DNA of 64,000 bases from Pirellulales bacterium (GTDB lineage Bacteria; Planctomycetota; Planctomycetia; Pirellulales; UBA1268), in the NCBI GenBank assembly GCA_044370415.1, contig JBILVO010000003.1, positions 12,526 to 76,525 of the forward strand, written 5' to 3'. Below are positions 27,977 through 39,504 of this stretch, piece after piece. Position 1 is the first letter of the stretch, and each line of letters begins with the position of its first letter. Position numbers and translations under genes: made by a program. Under the pieces are notes generated by a model. The model saw only the letters and a list, made by a program, of their open reading frames with translations, was not told where the DNA came from and did no database searches.

Positions 27977-30118
27977 TCATCCCGCCTGTGAGATGGTGCC
28001 GCGGCGGCAGGCGAAGACCGCCACGACGCCGGCAGCCGCCGGCAGGAGCGCCAGGAGCAGCGCGGCCCCCCACGGCGGCCGATAGCGGATCTGCACGGCG
28101 CGGATGCCCGCGGGCACCTCGACGACGATCCGCTGCCAGTCGTCCTCCGCCACCGGCACGGCCTGGCCGTCGGCCGTCGCCACGATGTCGGGATAGCGCA
28201 GGAAGTTTGCCACGACACGCCGCGGCTCGGCCTCCGGCACGAGGTCGATGTCGAGCCCCGCCACGCTCATGCGCAGGGGCAACGCGTCGGCAGGACGGGC
28301 GGCGTCGAAGGCGAGCGGCGCCGCGTCGGGCAGCTCGATCACGCGGAGATACTCCTCCAGGTCGGGCAGCGACAGCTGGCGTTTGTCGCTCAGCGCATGG
28401 AGCAGTTCGAGGAAGGGAAAGAACCGCTCGAACCTGTTTTCCGTCTGCGGCGGCCAGCCTCCCCAGTCGGTGCGGTGCACGAGCAGCCACCGCACGCCGT
28501 AGGCGGCGAGACCTTCCGCGGGCCGGGCGGTGATCCGCTCGAGGCAGGCGTTGAACCGGCCGAACCGCTGCACGAGCGGGTTGTAGCCGAACACGGCCGG
28601 CACCTCGTAGACGCACGGCAGGTTGTGGGGCAGCGCGAGCGGATAGGACGGGTCGGACGACCGCATCGCCGCGAACGACATGATCCGCTGCTGCCGCCCC
28701 GAGGCGTCGGGCCCGAACGCGGCGACGAGCTCGTCAGGCAGCTGCGGATAGGGCATGAACCCGTAGACGAAGAACGCGATGGCGACCCGCGTGAGGTGGA
28801 GCGCGACGAGCGTCAGGCCGACGCCGGCCAGTGCCGCCTCCACCCGCCGTCGGCGCCACCATGGCGTGCCGGCCGCGGAGAATCGCGGCGCCGCGAGCAC
28901 GTCCTCGAGGAAGCACGCCCCGGCCAGCCCCGCGAAGAAGACCACCCAGGGCAGGACGCGGAAGGGATTGTTTCGCAGGCCGACCGGAAACAGGCCCATC
29001 AGCCACCAGAGGCCTCCCGACGGGCCGAGTGCGAGGAGGAAGGCGACCACGGCGGGAATCGCGAGCGCCAGCTGGAGCCGGGCGGAGGATCGCGTCGATG
29101 CCGCTGCGGCCCCGGCAACGGTCGTCGGCACGCGGAACCGCCGCCAGGCGTGCGTCACGATCGCCGCCAGAAACGCTGCGAGCAGCACCGTGCCGGAATA
29201 GTAAAAGTGGCCGTTCCATTCGAGGTTCACGTTGCCCCAGCCGTTGGGCAGCGTGCCCTGCGTCAGCGGGTAGGGAAGCAGCATCGGCAGCAGGTTGCCG
29301 GCGATACCCTCGCCGCCCGGCGGATCGTCGCCGACCATCTCGCGCGACAATCGCCACTGCTGGAAGAAGATGGGCACCGAGATCGCCGCGCCAAACGCCA
29401 GAGCCGGCACGAGCCACCTGAGCCGCCGCCACGGCACGAGCCCGACTGCCGCGAGCGCCGCCGCGTGCACGATCAGCAGCCCGCAGCCGAGGACGAAGAG
29501 CTGGGGAAACCCCGCGTGGTAATAGAGGCCCAGCGTCAGGCCGGTGACCGTGGGCCACCGCCAGTCGACGGGGCCGTCGCGCAGCCGGTCCGCGAGCAGG
29601 GCGAAGAGCGGGATGAAGAGAGCCGGCGCGGCGAACGCATGCCAGCAGCGGGCCATGACGAGCACCGGCCCGGAGAGCACGAACGCGGCGGCCGCGAGGC
29701 AGGCGAGCGGCGGAGCCACGCCCAGCCGGCGGGCGACGAGGTACGTGAGGCCGTAGCCGGCCAGCAGGTGCACCACCGCGAACACGTCGAACGTGGCCCC
29801 CTCGTCGCCGAGCACGTGCCGTGCGATCGCGTACGCGCCGTAGAGCGGCGGATAGAAGCCGTTCACGGCGTGGGACGGATCGCCCAGGAACGTGTAGGGG
29901 TTGTAGTCGGGCATCATGCCCCGCCAGAGGCCGCGGCAGGCCTCGAGCACGACCGGCAGCTCGAGTGACAGCGCGTCGTCCTGGCAGAAGAAGTAGGGGT
30001 CGAGCAGCTCGAGCAGCGCCAGCGCCGCCACGACGAACGCGAGCCCGCCCCAGCACCAGACGCGAGCGGCCAGTGGCTCGTCAGCGGCGGCGGGCGCCGC
30101 GCCGGGCGGGCTGGTCAT
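27977..30118 (-). CDS. Large polytopic membrane protein (713 aa), GT-C/YfhO-like putative periplasmic glycosyltransferase
   Basis: The ATG overlaps the upstream stop (ATGA). It has at least 12 TM helices in the first approx. 480 aa and a soluble C-terminal domain plus a final TM. It lies directly downstream of the sugar-nucleotide genes and upstream of the ArnC-like GT2. Confidence 0.8.
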   Translation of the reverse strand: MTSPPGAAPAAADEPLAARVWCWGGLAFVVAALALLELLDPYFFCQDDALSLELPVVLEACRGLWRGMMPDYNPYTFLGDPSHAVNGFYPPLYGAYAIARHVLGDEGATFDVFAVVHLLAGYGLTYLVARRLGVAPPLACLAAAAFVLSGPVLVMARCWHAFAAPALFIPLFALLADRLRDGPVDWRWPTVTGLTLGLYYHAGFPQLFVLGCGLLIVHAAALAAVGLVPWRRLRWLVPALAFGAAISVPIFFQQWRLSREMVGDDPPGGEGIAGNLLPMLLPYPLTQGTLPNGWGNVNLEWNGHFYYSGTVLLAAFLAAIVTHAWRRFRVPTTVAGAAAASTRSSARLQLALAIPAVVAFLLALGPSGGLWWLMGLFPVGLRNNPFRVLPWVVFFAGLAGACFLEDVLAAPRFSAAGTPWWRRRRVEAALAGVGLTLVALHLTRVAIAFFVYGFMPYPQLPDELVAAFGPDASGRQQRIMSFAAMRSSDPSYPLALPHNLPCVYEVPAVFGYNPLVQRFGRFNACLERITARPAEGLAAYGVRWLLVHRTDWGGWPPQTENRFERFFPFLELLHALSDKRQLSLPDLEEYLRVIELPDAAPLAFDAARPADALPLRMSVAGLDIDLVPEAEPRRVVANFLRYPDIVATADGQAVPVAEDDWQRIVVEVPAGIRAVQIRYRPPWGAALLLALLPAAAGVVAVFACRRGTISQAG

Positions 30119-31179
30119 GGCCGGGGCTCCTCGACCGCTGCCAGGAGCGTGCGGCGGAGCGACTCATCGAGTGACGTCACGGGAACGAGCCCCAGCTCGA
30201 GGCGGGCCCGTGCACACCTGGGCACATACCGCTCCGCCGCGGCGCCGGGCGGCGGCTGCCTGGCCACGAGGATTTTCGGGGTGGCGCGGTCGGACCAGAC
30301 GGATGCCGCTGCGGCGGCGACGCGGGTGGCGAGGTCGCGGATCGACACCGCTTCCTCGCTCCCCACGTTGTAGGCCCGCCCCGCGGCGCCCCGCAGCAGG
30401 ATCGTCACGAGCCATTCCACGAGGTCGGCGGCGTAGAGGTAGCTCCTGAGAGGTGTGCCATCCCCGCCGATCCGAATCGGCCCTCCCGACAGGGCATCCC
30501 GCAGGAAATTGCCGACGGCGAAGTGGGCGTCGAGCGGCAGCCGCGGGCCCACAAAGGCGAAGCAGCGGGCGATCGTCGCTGCCGGGCCACCGCCGCGGGC
30601 CGAGATCGCGCAGAGCGTCTCCGCGGCCCGCTTGCCCTCAGCGTAGGCGTTGCGCACATCGAGCGGGTCGGGGCCGCCTGCGAACTCCTCGGCGACGTGC
30701 GTGAGGTCCGGCGGCTGCCGGCCGTAGACCGCGCCGGAACTCGTGAAGAGCAGCCGTGCCGCCCGCTTCTCCGCCGCCAGTGCCAGCACCCGGCGGGTGC
30801 CCTCCACGCAGACGTCGAACATCGCCTGCGGGGCCGCCTCGTTGAGCGCTGCGCTCGCCTCCGTTGCCGCGTGGATGACGTGCGTGACCGGCCCGTGGGG
30901 AAACGGGAAGTCGCGGACGTCGCCCGCGAGCAGCGTCACCGTCGGCGCAGTCGCCAGATGCGGGGATTTCGCGGTGAACCGGGCGGGATCGCGGGAGAGC
31001 ACGGTGGCATGGCAGCCCAGGTCGAAGCGGCGGTTGGCCGCGACGACCGCCTCGAGCAGCCACGTGCCGAAGAAGCCGGTGCCGCCTGTGATGAAGAGCC
31101 GCGCGTCGCGCAGCCCGAGCCAGAGCGGCGCCGTGCGGTCGAGCAGGGCCTCGATGTCGGCGGCGATGATGTCGCTCAT
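30115..31179 (-). CDS. NAD-dependent epimerase/dehydratase family SDR (candidate CDP-4-keto-3,6-dideoxyhexose reductase/epimerase)
   Basis: LFITGGTGFFGTWLL is the Rossmann motif, followed by TSSGAVYG and YAEGKRAAE (YxxxK). The function is inferred from its position after rfbH. Confidence 0.85.
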   Translation of the reverse strand: MSDIIAADIEALLDRTAPLWLGLRDARLFITGGTGFFGTWLLEAVVAANRRFDLGCHATVLSRDPARFTAKSPHLATAPTVTLLAGDVRDFPFPHGPVTHVIHAATEASAALNEAAPQAMFDVCVEGTRRVLALAAEKRAARLLFTSSGAVYGRQPPDLTHVAEEFAGGPDPLDVRNAYAEGKRAAETLCAISARGGGPAATIARCFAFVGPRLPLDAHFAVGNFLRDALSGGPIRIGGDGTPLRSYLYAADLVEWLVTILLRGAAGRAYNVGSEEAVSIRDLATRVAAAAASVWSDRATPKILVARQPPPGAAAERYVPRCARARLELGLVPVTSLDESLRRTLLAAVEEPRP

Positions 31180-31213
31180 GGGGCGCTCATGGGGAGTGTC
31201 CGCCGCGGCCCGC

Positions 31214-32563
31214 TCATCCCCGCACGAAGGCGGTGATCGTCGCGATCACATGGTCGACGTGGGCTTCCGTGAGGCCGGGATAGACGCCCAGCCAGAGCGT
31301 GTGCCGCATCACGTAGTCGGCGCCGGGGAGGTCGCCGGCGACCCGCTGCGGCCGGCCGTGGTAGGCGGGCTGGCGGAGGAGATTGCCGCCGAAGAGCTGC
31401 CGGGTGCCGATCTTCTTCTCGTCGAGGTGGCGGACAAGATCGCGGCGGGTGAACCGCGCCGTCGGCCGCACGGAGAGCGGAAAGCCGAACCAGCTGGGAT
31501 TCGAGCCGGGGGTGGCGTCGGGCAGCACGAGCACGTCCTCGAGCAGCCCGAGGCCGGCCCGCAGCCGGGCGAAGTTCTCGCGTCGGGCTGCGATGAAGCC
31601 GTCGAGCTTGTCGAGTTGCGCCACGCCGACGGCCGCCTGCATGTCGGTGAGCTTCAGGTTGTAGCCGATGTGGGAGTAGATGTACTTGTGGTCGTAGCCG
31701 TGCGGCAGGTCGCCGAGCTGCCAGTCGAACCGCTTGCCGCAGGTGTCGTCGTGGCCGGGCTCGCACCAGCAGTCGCGGCCCCAGTCGCGGAAGCTCTCCA
31801 CGAGCTTCTCGAGCTTCGGCGAGTCGGTGAACACGATGCCGCCCTCGCCCATCGTCATGTGATGGGCGGGATAGAAGCTGCAGGTGGCCAGATCGCCGAA
31901 GCCGCCGACGTGCCGGCCGCCGAACTCGGCGCCGAGCGCATCGCAGCAGTCCTCGACCAGCCAGAGGTCGTGCCGCCGGCAGAAGTCGGCGACCGCAACG
32001 CAGTCGAACGGGTTGCCGAGCGTGTGGGCGAGCATCACGGCCCGCGTGCGGTCGCTCCTGGCCGCCTCCAGCCGGCTCACGTCGACGTTGTACGTCGCGT
32101 GCCGTTCCGGATGCTCGACGTCCACGAACACGGGCACGAGGTTGTTTTGCAGGATCGGATTGACCGTGGTGGGAAAGCCGGCTGCCACGGTGATCACCTC
32201 GTCGCCGGGGAGGAGCCGCTCGTCCTGCAGCTTGTGGGAGGTGAGCGCCGTGAGCGCGACGAGGTTTGCGCTCGATCCCGAGTTCACCAGGCTCGCGCAG
32301 CGGCTGGCCACGCGGGTCGCGAACCGCTTCTCGAACTCTTCGGCGAAACGCCCCGTCGTCAGCCAGAAATCGAGACCGCTGTCGACGAGGGTCTGCACTT
32401 CTTTCTCGTCGAAGACGCGGCCGGCCACGGGCACGGGCTGCCCCGGCGCGAACGGCCGCTCTGGAAACGCCAGCCGGCAGTATTCGGCGACGAGGCCGCG
32501 AATTTCCGCGCGCACGGCATCGGCGGTGCGGCTGCCGGGGGGCGGGGTGTGTGATCCGCTCAT
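31214..32563 (-). CDS. rfbH: CDP-6-deoxy-L-threo-D-glycero-4-hexulose 3-dehydrase (E1; RfbH/DdhC)
   Basis: ATG 32563. DegT-fold sequence has [14 protein letters not shown], with His in place of the PLP lysine as in E1. It also has the [11 protein letters not shown] motif (C-X1-C-X7-C, the [2Fe-2S] site of E1). Confidence 0.92.
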   Translation of the reverse strand: MSGSHTPPPGSRTADAVRAEIRGLVAEYCRLAFPERPFAPGQPVPVAGRVFDEKEVQTLVDSGLDFWLTTGRFAEEFEKRFATRVASRCASLVNSGSSANLVALTALTSHKLQDERLLPGDEVITVAAGFPTTVNPILQNNLVPVFVDVEHPERHATYNVDVSRLEAARSDRTRAVMLAHTLGNPFDCVAVADFCRRHDLWLVEDCCDALGAEFGGRHVGGFGDLATCSFYPAHHMTMGEGGIVFTDSPKLEKLVESFRDWGRDCWCEPGHDDTCGKRFDWQLGDLPHGYDHKYIYSHIGYNLKLTDMQAAVGVAQLDKLDGFIAARRENFARLRAGLGLLEDVLVLPDATPGSNPSWFGFPLSVRPTARFTRRDLVRHLDEKKIGTRQLFGGNLLRQPAYHGRPQRVAGDLPGADYVMRHTLWLGVYPGLTEAHVDHVIATITAFVRG

Positions 32564-33669
32564 GCGCGCGTCCCCTGATGCTGGAGTCGGCCCGCCGCCT
32601 CGTGGGCCTCGAGATCGGCCATGCAGAGCCTCCGGGCCAGGCCCGGGTCGTCGGCGAACGCCCGGTACCATGCCGCCGTCCGTCGGATCGCCTCGCGGGC
32701 CGTGAACCGTGGCCGCCACGGCAGCCGTCCTTGGGCCTTCGCCGCCGAGAGCCGCAGCGTGTGCGTCTCGATCGGCGCCAGTGGGTCGTGCACGTCCTGC
32801 CAGGAGCCGGAGCCCCAGGCGTCGATGAAGATGTCGGCGAGCTGGCCCACGGTGATGTCGTCGTCGGCCGCGGGGCCGAAGTTCCAGCCGGAGCACCACT
32901 CGGCCGAGGGCCTCTCCAGCATCGCAGCCGCGAGCGCGAGGTATCCCGAGAGGGGTTCGATGACGTGCTGCCAAGGCCGCACGGCTGCCGGGTTGCGGAC
33001 CGGCACCGGGCTGCCGGCGACGAGGTGCCGCACGATGTCAGTGACGATCCGGTCCTCGGCCCAGTCGCCGCCGCCGATCACGTTGCCGGCGCGGACCGTG
33101 GCCAGCTGCACGCCGTGCTCGGCGAGCCGCTCTGGCGGAAAGAAGCTGTGGCGGTAGGCGGCGGCCACGAGCTCGGCCGCCCCCTTGCTCGCGCTGTAGG
33201 GATCGCGGCCGCCGAGCCGGTCGCCCTCGTCGTGAGGCCGTCCGTCCGCGTGCGGCTCGTAGCACTTGTCGCTCGTGGCCACGATCACGGCGCAGGGCCG
33301 GCCGGCGTGCCGCACGGCGTCGAGCAGCGACGCGGTGCCGACGACGTTGGTCGAGAACGTGTCGAGCGGCTCGCGGTGGGAAAGCCGCACGAGCGGCTGG
33401 GCGGCCAGGTGGATCACGAGATCGGGCCGGGCCTCGCGCACGGCGGCCGCCAGCCGGGCCGTATCGCGGATGTCGGCCTCGTGGTGGGTGTCGACTAGGT
33501 CGACGAGGTTGGCGGCCGCGAAGAGGGAGGGCGTGGTGGGCGGGGCGAGCGCGTAGCCGGTGACCCGGGCCACGTGGCACTTCAGCTCGAGGAGCAGCCA
33601 CGAGCCCTTGAAGCCGGTGTGGCCAGTGACGAACACCCGCTTCCCATACAGCTGCCCGGCGCCGCTCAT
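32560..33669 (-). CDS. rfbG: CDP-glucose 4,6-dehydratase
   Basis: ATG 33669 overlaps the rfbF stop (ATGA). [30 protein letters not shown] and [11 protein letters not shown] are RfbG hallmarks. Confidence 0.93.
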   Translation of the reverse strand: MSGAGQLYGKRVFVTGHTGFKGSWLLLELKCHVARVTGYALAPPTTPSLFAAANLVDLVDTHHEADIRDTARLAAAVREARPDLVIHLAAQPLVRLSHREPLDTFSTNVVGTASLLDAVRHAGRPCAVIVATSDKCYEPHADGRPHDEGDRLGGRDPYSASKGAAELVAAAYRHSFFPPERLAEHGVQLATVRAGNVIGGGDWAEDRIVTDIVRHLVAGSPVPVRNPAAVRPWQHVIEPLSGYLALAAAMLERPSAEWCSGWNFGPAADDDITVGQLADIFIDAWGSGSWQDVHDPLAPIETHTLRLSAAKAQGRLPWRPRFTAREAIRRTAAWYRAFADDPGLARRLCMADLEAHEAAGRLQHQGTRA

Positions 33670-34445
33670 CCCCAGACCTTCCAGGGAGGCGTGCCCGACT
33701 TCCACATCTCGTTGGCGTGCAGGTAGTCGCGGTAGGTGTCGACGGCGAAGAAGAAGCCGTCGTGCCTGTAGGCCATGAGCTGTCCCTCGGCAGCCAGCCG
33801 CTCCAACGGTCCGGCCTCGAGCATCTGCAGGTCGCCGCCGTCGAGGTAGTCGAACACCCTGCGGTTGAGCACGAGGAAGCCGGCGTTGACCCAGCCCTCC
33901 ACCTTGGGCTTCTCCGAGAACCTGGTCACGCGGGACTGTTCGTCGAGCACCGTGACCCCGAACCGCGAGGCCGGCTGCACGGTCGTCACGGTGGCCAGCC
34001 TGCCGTGCGACTCGTGGAAGGCGACGAGCCGGCCGATGTCGACGTTGGCGAGGCCGTCGCCGTAGGTGACGATGAACGCGTCGCCCTTGACGTGCTGCTC
34101 GACCCGCTTGACGCGGCCGCCGGTGCCGGTGTCGATCCCGGTGTCGGCCAGCGTGACCTCGAAGTCGAACGGCTCTTGCGATCCGTGGTAGCGGACCTGC
34201 CGGCGGCCCCCGATGGTGACGGTGCAGTCCTGCGTCATCGCCTCGTAGTTGAGGAAGTAGTCCTTGATCATGCCCCCCTTGTAGCCGAGGCAGAGCACGA
34301 AGCGGTGCAGGCCGTGGTGGCCGAAGAGCCGCATGATGTGCCACAGGAGCGGGCGTCCGCCCACCTCGACCATGGGCTTGGGGCGGTACTCGGTCTCCTC
34401 GCGCATCCGCGCGCCCTGTCCGCCGCAAAGAATGACGATGTCCAT
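33666..34445 (-). CDS. rfbF: Glucose-1-phosphate cytidylyltransferase
   Basis: MDIVILCGGQGARMREETEYRPKPMVEVGGRPLLWHIM..GYKG..IKDYF and ...WKVW C-terminus are near-canonical RfbF. Confidence 0.95.
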   Translation of the reverse strand: MDIVILCGGQGARMREETEYRPKPMVEVGGRPLLWHIMRLFGHHGLHRFVLCLGYKGGMIKDYFLNYEAMTQDCTVTIGGRRQVRYHGSQEPFDFEVTLADTGIDTGTGGRVKRVEQHVKGDAFIVTYGDGLANVDIGRLVAFHESHGRLATVTTVQPASRFGVTVLDEQSRVTRFSEKPKVEGWVNAGFLVLNRRVFDYLDGGDLQMLEAGPLERLAAEGQLMAYRHDGFFFAVDTYRDYLHANEMWKSGTPPWKVWG

Positions 34446-34596
34446 CGGTCGGCTCGATCCCCGAAAGCGGCCCGGCGACGGTCGTCATCGCCGTCCTCAA
34501 GCCTACCACGCCCTCGCCCGCCCGGGTCCCGGGCCGATACACTCCCCGTGACCGGTTGGCCGGCAGCGCCGAGGCCTCACCAGGAGACCCCATTTC

Positions 34597-35748
34597 ATGA
34601 CCGCCCGCAGGCCGAGCATCGGCATCCTCACCAGCGGTGGCGACTGTCCCGGGCTCAACGCCGTGATCCGTGCCGCCGTGAAGACGGCGGACCGCCTCGG
34701 CTACGACTGCGTCGGCTTCCTGCGGGGCTTCGAGGGGCTCGTCGACCCCGTGGCCTACATGCCGCTCAATCCGCGGAACACGGCGGGCATCCTCCTGCAG
34801 GGCGGGACGATCCTCGGCTCCACGAACAAGGGAAGGTTCTCGGCCACCACGGGGGAGGATCGGCGGCTATCCATCGACCGCGGCCTGCTCGACGAGGCGG
34901 CGACGACGATCCGCCAACTCTCCGTCTGCGGGCTCATCTGCGTCGGTGGCGACGGGTCGCTCGCCATCGCCCAGCAGCTGCTCGAGCACGGCCTGCCGGT
35001 GGTGGGCGTGCCGAAGACGATCGACAACGACCTGGGGGCCACCGCCTTCACGTTCGGCTTCGATTCCGCGGTCGCGTGTGCCACCGACGCGCTCGACCGG
35101 CTCCACACCACCGCCGCCAGCCACGAGCGGATCATGGTGCTCGAGGTAATGGGGCGGCACGCCGGCTGGATCGCACTGCACGCCGGCATCGCCGGCGGCG
35201 GCGACGTGATCCTCCTGCCGGAGATCGACTGGACGTTCGACAACGTCTGCCGCACGGTCGTGCAGCGGGAGGCCGAGGGCAAGAGGTTCACGCTCATCGT
35301 CGTCGCCGAGGGAGCGAGGCTGCCCGACGGCGGGCTCGTCCACGCCGCAGCCGCGACCGACCGGCAGCAGGTGCGGCTCGGCGGCATCGGCGAGCTGGTG
35401 GCTGCCGAGGTGTCACGGCGGCTGCGCCGGGAGGCGCGGACCGTCGTCCTCGGGCACCTGCAGCGGGGTGGGCCGCCGACGCCGTTCGATCGCATGCTCG
35501 CCACCGAGTTCGGCGCCCATGCCGTCCGGCTCGTACACGAGGGGCGATTCGGCGAGATGGTCTGCTACCGGCCGCCCGACATCACGAGCGTGCCGATCGC
35601 GGCGGCCATCCGCGAGCTTTCCCGAGTCGATCCGCGCGGTTCCGCCGTGCAGGCCGCCCGCGCGCTGGGCATCGGGTTCGGCGACGCCCCCGATCAGGCG
35701 AGCCCGTTCGGGCCGCACTGTTCCTCCGGGGGAGCGCCGAGCGCATGA
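34597..35748 (+). CDS. pfk: 6-phosphofructokinase (PfkA family; phosphoryl donor ambiguous)
   Basis: ATG 34597 follows [50 protein letters not shown] and LGHLQRGG are present. Confidence 0.93.
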   Translation: MTARRPSIGILTSGGDCPGLNAVIRAAVKTADRLGYDCVGFLRGFEGLVDPVAYMPLNPRNTAGILLQGGTILGSTNKGRFSATTGEDRRLSIDRGLLDEAATTIRQLSVCGLICVGGDGSLAIAQQLLEHGLPVVGVPKTIDNDLGATAFTFGFDSAVACATDALDRLHTTAASHERIMVLEVMGRHAGWIALHAGIAGGGDVILLPEIDWTFDNVCRTVVQREAEGKRFTLIVVAEGARLPDGGLVHAAAATDRQQVRLGGIGELVAAEVSRRLRREARTVVLGHLQRGGPPTPFDRMLATEFGAHAVRLVHEGRFGEMVCYRPPDITSVPIAAAIRELSRVDPRGSAVQAARALGIGFGDAPDQASPFGPHCSSGGAPSA

Positions 35749-35902
35749 TTGCGGCGGCCTCACCGCGGCGCGACGGCCGCGAAGCAGCCGCGGATCGGTC
35801 GTGAGGGTGTCGCCTTGCACGCCGTCCCCGCCGTTCGATAATGCCGACCGGCTGGGGCGGCCGGACAGTCGGTGCCGGCGGGACCACATCGGGAGATCAC
35901 TC

Positions 35903-37873
<1,971 letters not shown>

Positions 37874-38179
37874 CCACCGGCGGCCCGGCGGAAACGGCCC
37901 GGCATCATGCGGAAAACCGGCAGGATCGCGCCAGCCGCGGCCGGACCGGGATGGCGGCGTTACCGTCCGCAAATGCTTGCCGTTGAACGGGTTGCGGGGG
38001 ATGGGGCGACTTTTTGGTCGGCCAGACTGCTGAACGAACGCGGCAGGGGCCGATGAGCGTTATATTAGGAGAGCTGTAGAGGCGGTCGGCTGCCGGCCCC
38101 GACGAGCGAGGCCGGCATCCCCTCCGCTGGCATGTGGGTCCCCTGAGTTCAAGGGATCCCCCCTCAAGGAATCGTCTTC

Positions 38180-39481
38180 ATGAGATCGCTTGGCCATGGT
38201 TTGGACCGCCGCGGTTTCCTCACCGTCGGCACGATCGGGGGCCTGGGACTCTCGCTTGGCGAGTTCTTCCGGATGCAGGCGGCGCGCGGCGCAGAAGCGG
38301 CGTTGAAGGAAGGCGTTGCCAAGTCGATCATCTACATCTACCTCCCGGGCGGCTACGCCCACCAGGAGACGTTCGACCCCAAGCCGTTCGCGCCGGTCGA
38401 GTACCGCGGGCCGCTCGGCAGCATCGAGACGGTCGTGCCGGGCGTGCGTTTCGGCGAGCTCCTCCCGCATACCGCGAAGATCGCCGACAAGATCGCCGTC
38501 TGCCGTTCGATGACACACGGCGAGGCGGCCCACGAGCGCGGCACGCACAACATGTTCACCGGCTACCGGCCGAGCCCGGCGCTGCAGTACCCGAGCATGG
38601 GGTCGGTCGTGTCGCACGAGTTCGGGCCGCGGCAGAACCTGCCCCCCTACATCTGCATTCCGTCGCAGCCCAACGAGTTTGCCGGCTCGGGCTACCTCAG
38701 CTCGGCGTATTCGGGCTTCAGCCTCGGCTCGGATCCGGCGGATCCGAAGTTCAAAGTCCGCGATCTCTCGCTCCCCACCGGCATCGACGCCTCGCGGTTC
38801 GAGAAGCGGCGGCGGATGCTCGACGTGGTCAACGAGCACTTCCGCGAGCAGGAGAAGAGCGATTCGCTCGACGCGCTCGACACCTTCTACCAGCGGGCCT
38901 ACAGCCTGATCAGCTCCGAGAAGGCGCAGGAGGCGTTCGACCTGGCCAAGGAGCCCGACGCCATCAAGGACGAATACGGCCGCAATCAGGCGGGCATGCG
39001 GATGCTGCTGGCCCGTCGGCTCGTCGAGTCGGGCGTGCGGTTCGTCACGCTGACCTACGGCAGCTGGGACCACCACGACAACATCGAGGCCCAGATGCGG
39101 CGAAACGCCCCGTCCTTCGACCAGGGCTTCGCCACGCTGATCCGCGACCTCGACCGCCGCGGCCTGCTCGCTTCGACGCTCGTCTGCGTGGGCACAGAGT
39201 TCGGGCGCACGGCGAAGATCAACCCCACCGCGGGCCGCGACCACTGGCCGAAGGTGTTCAGCATCGTGATGGCCGGCGGCGGCATCAAGGGCGGCATCGT
39301 GCATGGCTCGAGCAACGCCACTGCCAGCGAGCCCGAGGACGACCCGCTCACCGTCGAAGATTGGGCCACGACCATCTACGACCGTCTCGGCATCAGGGCC
39401 GAGAAGGAGCTCATGGCGCCCGGCGCCCGGCCGATCGAGATCGTCGACGGCGGCAAGGTCCGCAAGCAGCTGATCGTGTGA
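38180..39481 (+). CDS. DUF1501 domain-containing protein (sulfatase-fold, Tat-type signal)
   Basis: MRSLGHGLDRRGFLTVG is a twin-Arg signal. ...IIYIYLPGGYAHQETFDPKP..., CRSMTHGEAAHERG and GRDHW are present. This family is common in Planctomycetota. Confidence 0.92.
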   Translation: MRSLGHGLDRRGFLTVGTIGGLGLSLGEFFRMQAARGAEAALKEGVAKSIIYIYLPGGYAHQETFDPKPFAPVEYRGPLGSIETVVPGVRFGELLPHTAKIADKIAVCRSMTHGEAAHERGTHNMFTGYRPSPALQYPSMGSVVSHEFGPRQNLPPYICIPSQPNEFAGSGYLSSAYSGFSLGSDPADPKFKVRDLSLPTGIDASRFEKRRRMLDVVNEHFREQEKSDSLDALDTFYQRAYSLISSEKAQEAFDLAKEPDAIKDEYGRNQAGMRMLLARRLVESGVRFVTLTYGSWDHHDNIEAQMRRNAPSFDQGFATLIRDLDRRGLLASTLVCVGTEFGRTAKINPTAGRDHWPKVFSIVMAGGGIKGGIVHGSSNATASEPEDDPLTVEDWATTIYDRLGIRAEKELMAPGARPIEIVDGGKVRKQLIV

Positions 39482-39504
39482 CCGCGGCCCGTGAGGGAGT
39501 CCCA

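Noticed and set aside
32560-34593. A 677-aa minus-strand ORF suggesting a fused rfbG protein
   Set aside because: The N-terminal 308 codons are an alternative-frame read through rfbF. The RfbG Rossmann start ([24 protein letters not shown]) begins at 33669, overlapping the rfbF stop by ATGA.
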